DNA from: Heptranchias perlo
Lineage: Eukaryota
Direction of reading: 5' to 3'
DNA: 64,000 nucleotides
Assembly (NCBI RefSeq): GCF_035084215.1
Contig: NC_090345.1
Location: 25,048,001-25,112,000 of the forward strand
Shown one piece after another: positions 52,690 through 64,000 of the stretch (within the stretch, counting starts at the first letter, position 1; each line of letters begins with the position of its first letter). Position numbers and translations under genes: made by a program. The notes under the pieces were generated by a model. It made no database searches, was not told the origin of the DNA, and saw nothing but the letters and a program-made list of their open reading frames with translations.

Positions 52690-54320
52690 AGAGAACCACA
52701 AGGTGCTGGAGGAGGTTGCAGAGGATGGAGTGGTCATGGAGGGGTTTGAGTTGGGGACAGGAATTTTAAATCAAATGTGTTGGGGGATCAGGGAGCCAAT
52801 GCAGGTCAGTGAAGATGGAGGAGATGGAAGCACAGGACTTGGTGTGGTACTGGGCATAGGCAGCTGAATTTTGGATAAATTGGAGTGTATGGTGGGTGGA
52901 AGATGAGAGGGCAGCCAAGGAGCACATTGGAGGAACCAAGTCTGGAGGTGACATAAATGTGACTAAAGGCTTCAGCAGCGGAAGAACTGAGGCAGAGGCA
53001 GGCAATGATACAGAAGTGGAAATAACGGTCTTGGTGATGGATAGGATGTGGTATTTGAAACTCAGCTGTGGGTGGAACAGGATGCCAAAGTTTAGCAAAG
53101 TCTGGTTCAGCCCTACTGAGTGGCAGGGGAGTCGAGTTTATGGTAGGAGCTGTAAACATGGCATCAGTCTTCCCGATTCTGAATTGAGGAAGTATTGATG
53201 CATCCATGACTTGATATTTCATAGGCAGTCTAACAACATGGTCTTGGGGTTGAAGAAGATGGTGAGGGGCAGAGTTGGGTGTTGCAAGTGTACACATGAG
53301 ATCTGACTTCATGCCAGTGTATGGTGTCAGCAAGCAGCAACGTGTAGATGAGGAAGAGGAGGGTGCCTAAGGATAGAACCTTGAAGAACTCTAGAGGTGA
53401 CAGCAGGAAGAAAAGTAATTGCTGGAGATGGGCTGACTGTGTTACCACAGATGAAGTGGAACCAACTAAGGGCAGTTCTACGGAGCTGGTCAATGAAGGA
53501 AAAGCAATGAAAGAGGTTAGAGTGGACCAATACCAAATGCAGTGCAGAAGTCAAGGACATTGACAGATGAAGCACCACAATCACAGTAATAGAGGATGCC
53601 ATTTAGGACTTTGACAAGGGAAGTCTTAGTGCTGCAAGATGGGCAGAAGCTAGACTGAAGGGATTCAAATGGAGTTCTGGGAACTGTGGGAGCAGAGGTA
53701 GGTGACTGACTCATTTGAGGACTTTTTTAGAGAGGAAAGAGATTAGAGGCAGTAGTTGGCAATGATGGATAGGTTGACGGTGGCTTTTTTGAAGGGGGTG
53801 TGATGATACTGGTTTTAAAAGGGCATATGACAGTGCCTGAGCAAATGGAACCATTGATGTCAGCTAGGTGGGAGTCAGTAGGGCTAGTTGAGTCGTCATG
53901 AGAGGGGATCAGTAGAGCAGAAGCTTGGTCTTGGGGAGGAGATAAGTTTGGCAAGGGTGTGGGGGGAAAGACATGGAAGATAAACTGTAGAGTAATGGGG
54001 GATTGGGACTGGAATGGTTAGGAGACTAGGAAAGGTTGGGTTTTGGGAGAAGAAAGGATGGTAACTGCATAGGCAGCTGTGTGGGTGATCGTCAACCCTG
54101 AAGATGAAGACATCTGCGCTCTTTGCACTTACTGTTAGAGGTGAGGATGGGGGGAGAAGAAAGGTTTAAGGAGGCATTGGGTTGTGGAGAAAAGGATCCT
54201 TCCCTCAAGAATGATCTTGGAATAGTAAGAAGTTTTGGCAGCAAAGGGCAAGGGATGGTAGTGCTCAACATAGTAGAGCAGACTCTGGCAGTGAATGACT
54301 AGACAGGTTGTAGAGCGCCA
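52690..54320 (-). mobile_element. Old L2 LINE fragment
   Basis: STKTSLVKVLN, VLQGSIL, LQFIQNSAA, DLHWLP. Confidence 0.85.
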
Positions 54321-54899
54321 TGGATCTCCAGTGCAGTGTAAATAATTTTATTGTCTTTGGGAAATGATGATTTTATAATACCAATGAAAACTGAATTTTC
54401 TGTAACCCAGAACAAAGAAAAAAGAAACCTAAAAGGAATTCAAGTACTATTGTACATGTAGCTGTACTCACTGTATTTATTTGAATATCCAATTATACAG
54501 AAACTTGAGAGTATTGTAGCATTGTGGATATGGAAAGAGTGAAATGATACAGAACTGACCACACAAAGAAAATTTACATGGAAAAATGATCAACGTCTAT
54601 GAGAAGGGAAAAGTTATTTTGAAATTGTTCACATTAACACAACTCAATAACTAAAAGTGCTTTTGTTCTGGACAATATTTCACAACATGGTGCTAAAGTG
54701 ATACAATAATATGTCATTTATCATTATTAGAAAGTAAGCTTCACTCTACTTCTGTGAACACTGGATAACTAAATAGAAATTTAAAATTCAATAGCATTTT
54801 CTTCCAGCTTAATGTTGACAATACTCAAGCCTTCACTTTGGGTGCCTACTAGCACCTCTGGCCTTAGCTGCATCAAGCTCTCTGGCTGCTGCAGCAAGC

Positions 54900-55500
54900 T
54901 GAGGTGGGAGGTGTGGAACCTTAACCTGCTTGAACCCCCAGCTCTGTTTCCTTCTTCTCTTACCCCGAACCCTCATCCACTCCATTAGCTTTTTTCTACC
55001 TCTGCAACATTACGCAGTTCTGCTCCTACTTCTTCTCTTGCCAAAACCCTTGTCCATGGATTCATTGCCTCAAAGTTCAACTTCTAACACTCTCAAAGCT
55101 GGCCTCCCAACCTCCACAAGCTCAACTCATCCAAAATGCTGCAGCAAACATCCTCACACACTCTCAGTACTCCCTTTGCCTTCATCCTTTCCGAGTTCTC
55201 CTCGCTGCAATGAGCTGACTTCAAAATTCTCATTTTCATTTTCAAATCTTGGCATTAGTGATATCCTCCTACATTACATCCCTGTGCACACACCCTCTAC
55301 CATCGGTGGCTACTCATTCAACTGCGACATTCCTGTCCTTTGGAACTCTTTGACCAGTTCCTTAATTCCATAAAACTCTTTTCTTTGACCATGTCTTTAG
55401 TCTTCCATCCTAGCCCTCTCTCTTTTTCCCTTTTTGCTCAGTATTTGCTATTTTGCGCTCCCTAATATAAAGCTGTTTGAGATGTTTTCCTACATCTAGG
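54900..55500 (+). mobile_element. Old L2 3' fragment
   Basis: KLQLIQNAA-like DNA, VLWNSL. Confidence 0.65.
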
Positions 55501-57674
55501 GGGCCCTGTAGAAATATTGTTTGTGTTGTGATTCTACTACTACATAAATACTTAAATTCTTTTTAATGTTACTTCCAAGTTCATCTGAAATGACAGTTAA
55601 CAGAAGAATATTAAGTGGTTGCAATCTCATTGCAGTAAATCTATAGGGAAACAGTATATCCATAGAACTATAGAAGTTTGCAGCAACGAGAGGGCCATTC
55701 AGCCCACAGTGTCTATGCCAGCTTTTTGCTAGAGCAATCCAAAACTAATCCCACTGCCTTGGTTTCTTCCTATAGCCTTGTATCTTGGTCTACATCAAAT
55801 ATTTATCTTATTTTCCAAACAGATGCAATGGTCTCTGCCTCAACCACTCACCATATATAATATAGGCTGTAGTTTAAAATTTATAACTCAAAGTAATTAA
55901 CAACAGTACCACCTTGAGTTTAGCTACCGGAAGCATACATTTTTCATTAACAGCAGGATGCTGCTGTAGTGAATCATTGCTTTGTGGAAGGTGAACTGTC
56001 TGAAATCCCTATTCAGTCATAGCTCTATTTACCAGTATTTTACATTTGTATCCTGATAGCCTACCCATTGAGAGTGATTCCATATGAAAAGCAAAGAAAT
56101 GTTGGAATTTTACAACATCCTGTTGTTGGTTTGGTATAGTGCATCTGTTAGCAGAACTTTAAACAAGGAACATGGGATATTAACAAAAGACCAGCAAGTC
56201 CTATCCACGTGAAGGCAGTATGAGCAGCTGGCCAATATGTGGCCAGACAAAACCCTGTAGAGCCGTAATAGTGCCGAGATCACAGGAAAACCAGCAAGGG
56301 GCTTGTTGGTTACACAAATACACCCATAAAGCAATCTACCACCAGGGAGCCCCACATTTGTTAATTATCTGCCAAGTCTGAAACATTCTTTCTGGTAAGA
56401 AAAGATGAGTGAATCTGCCTTGGCTCTGTTTAACCCAAGCTGACCCCGACCGACAGAACTCAAATCATATTCCACCCCCATATCCAAACCAGAAGTTATA
56501 CTAGGGTAAGCCTGGCATAGGCTGGTTTAGTTGTAATTATTGAGCAATCCGTCACTTCACAACAAATCCGATTTTTGCTTTTGAGGGTGGGAGAAAGAAC
56601 TCAGTTTGGATTGGAATTTTTTACATCCTATTTATAGCGAAACTCACTGACTCATGAAGGCAGGCAGTTCTGCGATATCGGTGTCAAAATCCTAAATGGC
56701 AGCTGTTCTTAGAAGCTTTTTAGGAAGTAAACTATACATCATAAAATATAATCTTAAATGGAAGTCCAGATGGAACAGTATAGTGGAGTTGGGTAGGTTT
56801 GAATCAAATACTGTTTTTGTAGAATTAAAAAGTTGCATGCATATAATAAAAGTAACACACTGCAAAACAAATGCATTTCTTACAGAAAGCCTTGATGTTT
56901 TGATATAGCTGCATATCAGTGATTTAACATGCTCATCCTCCCCCCTATAGTCATATGATTCCAGGAGGCAGTCTCACTCATTCCCCCTCCCCTCCAAGAC
57001 TAATCAATTTAAATTTGAATTTTTTTGCTTATGTTATCTGATTACGACTCTGAAGGTCTTTGAGAATTTTTTTCTACTTTTCACTATTCATTTCTGAGCA
57101 TTGATAATGAGCGTTAGCAGGCTAGTGGAATATGGCAATATCAAAGCTGATCCTGATTCTGTCCTCGCCAGAAGGTGTGTGTGTACATACTTCCAGCGAA
57201 TGTTGTTGGATAGTCTCTCTGTGACTGTGTCTTCTGTATCATTTTCAGCTTGCGGCAAGTAACAGCTGCTAGTGTATAGTTTTGATTTTCATCGTTGTAC
57301 CGCCCATCTTCTGTAATAGTTCTGCAAAGATGTACAAATGTATCCACTTGTTCTTTTCATATCCAGGAGATCTATACTACATGTGGACGGTAGAGTATAA
57401 ACTTGTAACCTTTTTGTATTCTTGGGGTCCATGTGAGATTATATAAACTCCTGTAGTGAGATCCATAACTGCTCTAGATTCTCTTGCAGTTTATCAACCC
57501 CCTCTCCCCCTGCAAATGTAGTACTTCCTCCTAAGTAACAAATTCTGTATCTAAATGCTTTTGTTTTCATCCTTGTGTCATTTTTTTTATGTTCACTTGA
57601 ATCGACTGCCTTATTTTGCCTCCTTTATTTGTATTGTTTTTAACTGAAGAGTTTCCATAACCAAAAAGAAGTGC

Positions 57675-57714
57675 AGACTGCCTTGTGCATAATAGACTGC
57701 CTTGTGCATAATAG
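57675..57714. repeat. 19-bp tandem duplication AGACTGCCTTGTGCATAAT x2
   Basis: Direct reading. Confidence 0.9.
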
Positions 57715-58977
57715 CCACACAACATTGACTATCGCTCAACATAGCCTCCATCAGCAAAAAGTAAATATCAGTCAAATCAATAGCAAGCCCCCTCCCCAAG
57801 TAGAGGTTGAAACAAATTTTATTTATCCAGGACAGGAATTTATTTTAACCATTAAATGCATTATAATTTTTTCACGAAAGCCACAAGTTAATAGCCACTT
57901 TTTGAACACTTTCCATCCCTCCCCCCGAACCCAGTCTCTTTTTATTAGTTGTTGTACTATTTGAATTATATGACCAACTATTCTGGAGACCTAAAAGCTA
58001 TGAAGAAAGTGTACTTCACCATCTGTAACAGTGAGCAGGTGCTCCTCCAAACCTTTGCATTCTTCAGGGTTAATGTTTCTCCCTTGCCAGATGTCTGGTT
58101 ACTAATTATAGGAGGGATAACGTGTACTTGGCAGCGGAAATAATAAATGAGTTTAATGTTTTTGTGGGTGGGATATTCAATTTCACCAAAAATTAAAAGA
58201 TCTAAGCCAAACACTAGCAACCAGTAGCTACCAACTGAGAGCCACAATAGGCAACAGCAAAAGCCTTATTCCGTGGATGGGAAGAATTAACCCTTTGAAG
58301 CCCCCCTTCCCCGTCACAGTGCTTTCATGCACTGTTAGCTACATGCCACGGTTTATGAAAATTTTGCCAATCACCTTAACTCATTTGTTTTTAGATGGTG
58401 CTTCTGTCGGAAATGCCTTTTCTAAATATGACTTTTGATGTATTAGTTCATGTTTATTTAATGGGACAATGGATACAAATTATATTTGTGGTAACTTTCT
58501 TTACCTGGACCTGTTTTCAAGAATAGTTGTGCACTTATGAGCATTTGTTCTGTCTTACACTTTGCATTGCAATTGTAGCCAATGAGTATTGTAAATTGTA
58601 CCTTCTAAATGCTTTGTATACCTAACTGAAAACTATTAATCTGCCTAAAAGAGTTAAACACGTTGAAAACAAATCTAAGAACTAATAATCTGTCAGGAAT
58701 GTACTGGGTAAAGCACGAGCAGAATAAGCCGATAATGTTTTTGGAGTGGAAATATACTATAACCTGTTTTTTCCTTTGGATGGAAAAAGTTTTTTGTACT
58801 AAACCTGTTCATTTAACAAAAGATACACGTGTCTTATTTATGGTACATTATGTCATGGCTCTAAATTTATGCTTTAAACAGTGAAATACAATCCACCTGA
58901 TGTGTAACTGAAACCAGTTCCTAAAATGCCACCTGATTTAAAGCTGGAGAGAATATTGCACTACTACTAGTAGGGAT

Positions 58978-59100
58978 AAGAACATAAGAAATAGGAGCAG
59001 GAGTAGGCCAATCGGCCCCTCGAGCCTGCTCCGCCATTCAATAAGATCATGGCTGATCTGATCCTAACCTCAAATCTAAAGAACACAAGTAGGAGCAGGA
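58978..59100 (-). mobile_element. Very short CR1 3' end with a partial second terminus
   Basis: TAAGAACATAAGAAATAGGAGCAGGAGTAGGCC...; AAGAACA...TAGGAGCAGGA recurs at 59079-59100. Confidence 0.75.
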
Positions 59101-59573
59101 TGCATTACATGTGTTTGTTTTAGAAATGTATAACATTTCTGTATTCATGAGCACCACGGGTAGGAATGAATTGGGTGTTTCTCAAGCGAAATAAACCTAG
59201 AAATGCATTGCTCTTAGAATAGTATTCTGTGTACTCTAAGTCTTTGTATAAGTTGCACTTCAAACATTTTAGATTCTCTAAATATATAAGGGTGTGATTT
59301 AGAGGTTTACTGAAGAGCTAAGCTCAAATAGGGGTATGACTTGTTAGAGTTTTATTTCATTGTAACTTTCATGTGTAATCTTTTATTTTGTTTCCATTTG
59401 TTATTTCATTAAGAAAATTGAACACTTGCTCCTCACTTAATGCTGTAAAGCACTTATATTCTTCTTTCCAAAATGGTTGTAAATTTAGTTCCATATTTGA
59501 ATAATTTGTTGCTTGTCTTGTTTGTGCACTTTTCTTTTTAAGTGAGCAATGCTTTGTGTAGGTTGAGGTTTTG

Positions 59574-60247
59574 GGCCAGGAGTTTCCTCCATATTTGTGT
59601 CCAGATACGCACGTAATCTGGGCGCAAACCAATTACGTGCCTTAAAAGATCGCAGAATTTTGGGCATAAGTGAGTTACGCGCACAACTACAATACGCCCA
59701 AGTCTCCTCGATCATTTAGATCCATCCGTCCAACTCTCCGTCCAAATGAATCTCCATCCATGAAGCTGGCCAGGCCCCCGACTCTCAAATGTGAGAATCC
59801 TCCAATTGCGCTTGTTCAGAGAGTTCGCAGCAGGAACAAAGTCATTTTTCTGGTCTTTTAATTGCAATTTGTGAGCGGTTTAAAAATTTTTTTTATCCTT
59901 ACTGAGACTTGCTCTGTATTTTCTGTTTCAATGTGTTTTTATGGTTATGTATAAGTCACATTAAAAATTGAAAAGTTTCCACGATTGCAGGTTCTTAAAA
60001 ATGCCGTGATGGTTAAATGGGTTGAAATTTTACATTTTAAGACTCAAAGAAGAAATATACTGGTGTGGGTACAATGTTTCCTTGGGGCCCCAGTTGTTTA
60101 CACTGATTTATGCCAGTTTACGCCCATTTTGAGTTTGGGCATATTCTAATAAGATTGGGAGGATACTTGGGAGTTTTTTGACATCGGTGAAATGGGCACA
60201 GCTTCAGGTGCAATTTTGGGTGCAACCTCCGGAGGAAACTCCAGGCC
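59574..60247. mobile_element. MITE-like element, possibly PIF/Harbinger
   Basis: 17-bp TIR GGCC(A/T)GGAGTTTCCTCC with one mismatch; 3-bp TTG duplicated on both sides. Confidence 0.75.
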
Positions 60248-61016
60248 TTGATATTTGGGCTGCAACTCTGTCGTTCTGACTTCCCAGTTGAGTGTATGTG
60301 AAATGCAGCATTTACATCAGTGAGTAATATTTTCTTGTGTGAAAATATCTCGAGCACTCTTATTTTCACAGCTGTGAATATTTAGTAGAAACTGGTTTGG
60401 TCAGAAATAGGAGGACCTATAGTCTGCATAACTTGAAGCCCATTTGTGTTATGAGGTGTGGAGTAGATACATTTGAAATCTGTTCCTTGGGAAGCAATTG
60501 CGGAAGTGTAATTCTCCCACTTTTCACTCATTAAGCATTTCACTCAAACCTGATTTTCAATTGAATATTGATTTCATGAGCGGTTATCAAATCAAATGTC
60601 AGAATCCAGGGTGTTACACTTTGTTCTCTGCATTGGCACAGATCCACCAAAGAACATTTGACTGGGCATGGACCACAGCCTGGTGTGTTTAGGCTTGTAA
60701 GTCAGTTGGAATCGGCTGCACAAATGATTGTGGAACCCAGTTTTCTGCATGAATTATGCCAAGTGAAATTGGATTTAATATGATCTAAACCAGTTTCTAA
60801 ATCACTGTGTTTAGATACTTGCGTTCATAGCTACCGCTTTCATGGATCAAAATTGCACAGTTTGATGTACAATTTCCCAAATTTATTTATTTTTGCTTTA
60901 CAAGGTAAGAGATCTTAGTGCTAAGAAATGATGTGGAGATGCCGGTGATGGACTGGGGTTGACAATTGTAAACTATTTTACAACACCAAGTTATAGTCCA
61001 ACAATTTTATTTTAAA

Positions 61017-61057
61017 ATCCACAAGCTTTCGGAGGCTTCCTCCTTCCTCAGGTGAAT
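61017..61057 (-). ncRNA. Minimal hammerhead ribozyme motif (opposite arm)
   Basis: Reverse complement of 63092-63132. Confidence 0.8.
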
Positions 61058-61317
61058 GTGGAACTGAAACCCTCGAACCTATCGCATTTATAAATCACAG
61101 AACAATGCCTGGTGATTACAGAGAGTCTTTTCAACTGCCCGTTGCCAAGGCAACCAAAGTGTTCAGACAGATAGGTGTTACCTACAGGCCCACCGAATAT
61201 ACAAATGTCCAGAACTAAAAAAACAGATGATGTGGAGATGCCAATTAAAAAAACAGAGCGAGAGAGGTAGAAACATAGAAACATCCGGAAGGAAAAGACA
61301 GCAATTGACCTGTTATA

Positions 61318-62580
61318 TTAAAAACAGATAACATTTGTTCGCTGGTGGGCTAACGTGTAGCGTGACATGAACCCAAGATCCCGGTTGAGGCCGTCCTCAT
61401 GGGTGCGGAACTTGGCTATCAATTTCTGCTCGACCATTTTGCACTGTCGAGTGTCTCGAAGGCCGCCTTGGAGTACGCTTACCCAAAGGTCGGTGGCTGA
61501 ATGTCCTTGACTGCTGAAGTGTTCCCCGATTGGGAGGGAACCCTCCTGTCTGGCGATTGTTGCGCGGTGTCCGTTCATCCGTTGTCGCAGTGTCTGCATG
61601 GTCTCGCCAATGTACCATGCTCTGGGGCATCCTTTCCTGCAACGTATGAGGTAGACAACGTTGGCCGAGTCACAGGAGCATGAACCATGCACCTGGTGGG
61701 TGGTGTCCTCTCGTGTGATGGTGGTATCTGTGTCAATGATCTGGCATGTCTTGCAGAGGTTACTGTGGCAGGGTTGTGTGGTGTCGTGGATGCTGTTCTC
61801 CTGAAAGCTGGGTAATTTGCTGCAAACGATGGTCTGTTTGAGGTTGGGTGGCTGTTTAAAGGCGAGTAGTGGAGGTGTGGGGATGGCCATAGCGAGGTGT
61901 TCGTCGTCATTGATGACATGTTGAAGGCTGCGGAGAACATGGCGTAGTTTCTCCGCTCCGGGGAAGTACTGGACGACGAAGGGTACTCTGTTGGTTGTGT
62001 CCCGTGTTAGTCTTCTGAGGAGGTCTATGCGATTTTTCGCTGTGGCCCGTCGGAACTGTCGATCGATGAGTCGAGCGTCATATCCCGTTCTTACTAGGGC
62101 GTCTTTCAGCGTCTGTAGGTGTCCATCGCGTTCCTCCTCGTCTGAGCAGACCCTGTGTATTCGCAGGGCCTGTCCATAGGGGATAGCCTCTTTGACGTGG
62201 TTAGGGTGGAAGCTGGAAAAGTGGAGCATCGTGAGGTTGTCCGTGGGCTTGCGGTAGAGTGAGGTGCTGAGGTGCCCGTCTTTGATGGAGATTCGTGTGT
62301 CCAAGAAAGAAACTGATTCTGAGGAGTAGTCCATGGTGAGCTTGATGGTGGGATGGAACTTGTTAATGTTATCGTGTAGTCTCTTTAGTGATTCTTCGCC
62401 GTGGGTCCATAGAAAGAAAATGTCGTCGATGTATCTGGTGTATAGCGTTGGTTGGAGGTCCTGTGCAGTGAAGAAGTCCTGCTCGAACTTGTGCATGAAA
62501 ATGTTGGCGTATTGGGGTGCGAATTTGGTCCCCATGGCTGTTCCGTGTGTTTCGGTAAAGAACTGGTTATCGAAGGTGAA
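61318..62580 (-). pseudogene. Penelope-like RT (C-terminal part) plus GIY-YIG endonuclease; frame uninterrupted but 5'-truncated
   Basis: GTAMGTKFAP, RYIDDIF, LYRKPTD, CxxxxCxxC linker, NVVYLIRC...YIGET...RMNGH, GLNRD. Confidence 0.93.
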
Positions 62581-62770
62581 CCAGTTGAACCAGGAACACT
62601 TCTCACCACGATGGACGTCTCGGCACTCTACACCAGTATCCCCCACGATGATGGTATCGCTGCGACAGCATCAATACTCAACACCAACAACAGCCAATCT
62701 CTAGACGCCATCCTACAACTCATCCGCTTCATCCTGGATCACAATGTCTTCACCTTTGATAACCAGTTTC
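62581..62770 (+). pseudogene. Inverted upstream piece of the same RT (motif A)
   Basis: Plus strand reads PVEPGTLLTTMDVSALYTSIPHDDGI...LIRFILDHNVFTFDNQF, the segment that should precede the minus-strand ORF. Confidence 0.9.
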
Positions 62771-63091
62771 TTTCTTGGGTTCATGTCACGCTACACGTTA
62801 CCCCACCAGCGAACAAATGTTATCTGTTTTTAATATAACGGGTCAATTGCTGTCTTTTCCTTCCGGATGTTTCTATGTTTCTACCTCTCTCGCTCTTTTT
62901 TTAATTGGCATCTCCACATCATCTGTTTTTTTAGTTCTGGCCATTTGTATATTCGGTGGGCCTGTAGGTAACGCCTATCTGTCTGAACACTTTGGTTGCC
63001 TTGGCAACGGGCAGTTGAAAAGACTCTCTGTAATCACCAGGCATTGTTCTGTGATTTATAAATGCGATAGGTTCGAGGGTTTCAGTTCCAC

Positions 63092-63132
63092 ATTCACCTG
63101 AGGAAGGAGGAAGCCTCCGAAAGCTTGTGGAT
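63092..63132 (+). ncRNA. Minimal type-I hammerhead ribozyme motif (Penelope pLTR)
   Basis: AUUCAC-CUGAGGA-A-GGAGG/AAG/CCUCC-GAAA-GC-UU-GUGGAU: core boxes, stems I and II, palindromic AAGCUU stem III. Confidence 0.8.
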
Positions 63133-64000
63133 TTTAAAATAAAATTGTTGGACTATAACTTGGTGTTGTAAAATTGTTTACAATTGCTAAGAAATGGAAC
63201 ATTTTACCCATATCTGGCACCTTGTGTGAGGATCAAGTGCTTCCAAGTGAGACGTAGCAGTGAATAGCTTCTTCCAGTCTTCCCCATCCTTGGAAAACCC
63301 CTTGCTGCATCAATATGGCATTTTTTTCCATTTCTGTGGGATTTCTGAGTGAGGTTATCAAATCGGAGATGATTTTGTGCTTTGGGCCCATGCTTGCCAA
63401 GAACTGATTTCACATAAGTCCATCGCAGACGGAGGTGACTTTTCATCCCATCAGTCTGAACTGGATCCATCCAATTCCCTCACCAGATTTTAGATGTGAT
63501 AATTTACCATTAATAAAATTGAGAGCCTCTGGACTTGGCCAGCAGCAGTAAGTAATGACACAATTCTAGTTTGCCACACAAGTTTAAAGGAATTTTATTC
63601 TGAGGTTTATACCAAGTAGTGCTACCTGGTCAAATGTTCCAAATGGAGAACATTTATATTCTTTAGCATCTAGCAAAGCGTGAGCAACTCTTCTGTCTCT
63701 TCCAGTTTGCATCTGAAAATGAATGAATTTGTCCAAACCTCATTCACTGATGTAGATCACTTTCAACACCCACATACCCATGGCATAAAGGGGTCATGGA
63801 ATTTAGATTTACACAAGGTCAGTTGGGATAGTACAGTAATTGTCATAATGCTTACCTGTTCTGGGGCAATAACAAATGCTTTTCATTATTTGCACATGAC
63901 TGAGCGTGGCAGATGCTGACAGCCAGCAGATGTGTAGAATTCTGGGTGATTTGTAAGGAGTTGCACATCTGACGTTCAGTAATTGCATTGTGGGACATCA

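Larger units (their letters stand above)
60931..63184 (-). mobile_element. Penelope-like retroelement (Neptune-type), 5'-truncated, with inverted pLTR and internal inversion
   Basis: RT + GIY-YIG frame; inverted arms 60963-61378 / 62773-63186; TSD TGCTAAGAAATG at 60919-60930 and 63185-63196. Confidence 0.95.

Noticed and set aside
62581-62646. N-terminus MGDTGVECRD... of the 442-aa ORF
   Set aside because: It is the antisense reading of the inverted RT fragment, so this copy does not encode a complete protein.
48003-64000. LHPP exon 2
   Set aside because: No segment resembling the expected RFCTNE-type sequence was found by eye; it probably lies beyond the window.

Overview
AT-rich vertebrate genomic DNA, most likely from a cartilaginous fish (inferred from the repeat families). 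It carries the conserved OAT - NKX1-2 - LHPP block. OAT is on the minus strand: a probable non-coding exon 1 in a CpG island near 20.4 kb and coding exons 2-9 from 14285 down to 1380; the last exon lies left of the window. NKX1-2 is complete on the minus strand (two exons, 43182-42942 and 36243-35621, 287 aa). LHPP exon 1 is on the plus strand (47875-48002), followed by its first intron. The rest holds CR1 and L2 LINE fragments, Deu-domain SINEs and three MITE-like elements. The most notable structures are: (i) two related Penelope-like insertions built as fold-back palindromes, each with a minimal hammerhead ribozyme on both strands (a 2.25-kb RT + GIY-YIG copy with an internal RT inversion, and a 290-bp non-coding hairpin beside the OAT promoter); (ii) a perfect 35.7 x 31-bp CpG-rich minisatellite abutting a candidate alternative OAT promoter and exon; (iii) an orphan ZNF143/CCAAT promoter with splice sites, suggesting a lncRNA convergent on NKX1-2; (iv) a transposon-free, CpG-retaining domain around the NKX1-2/LHPP 5' ends. 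All calls were made by eye; repeat boundaries are approximate.
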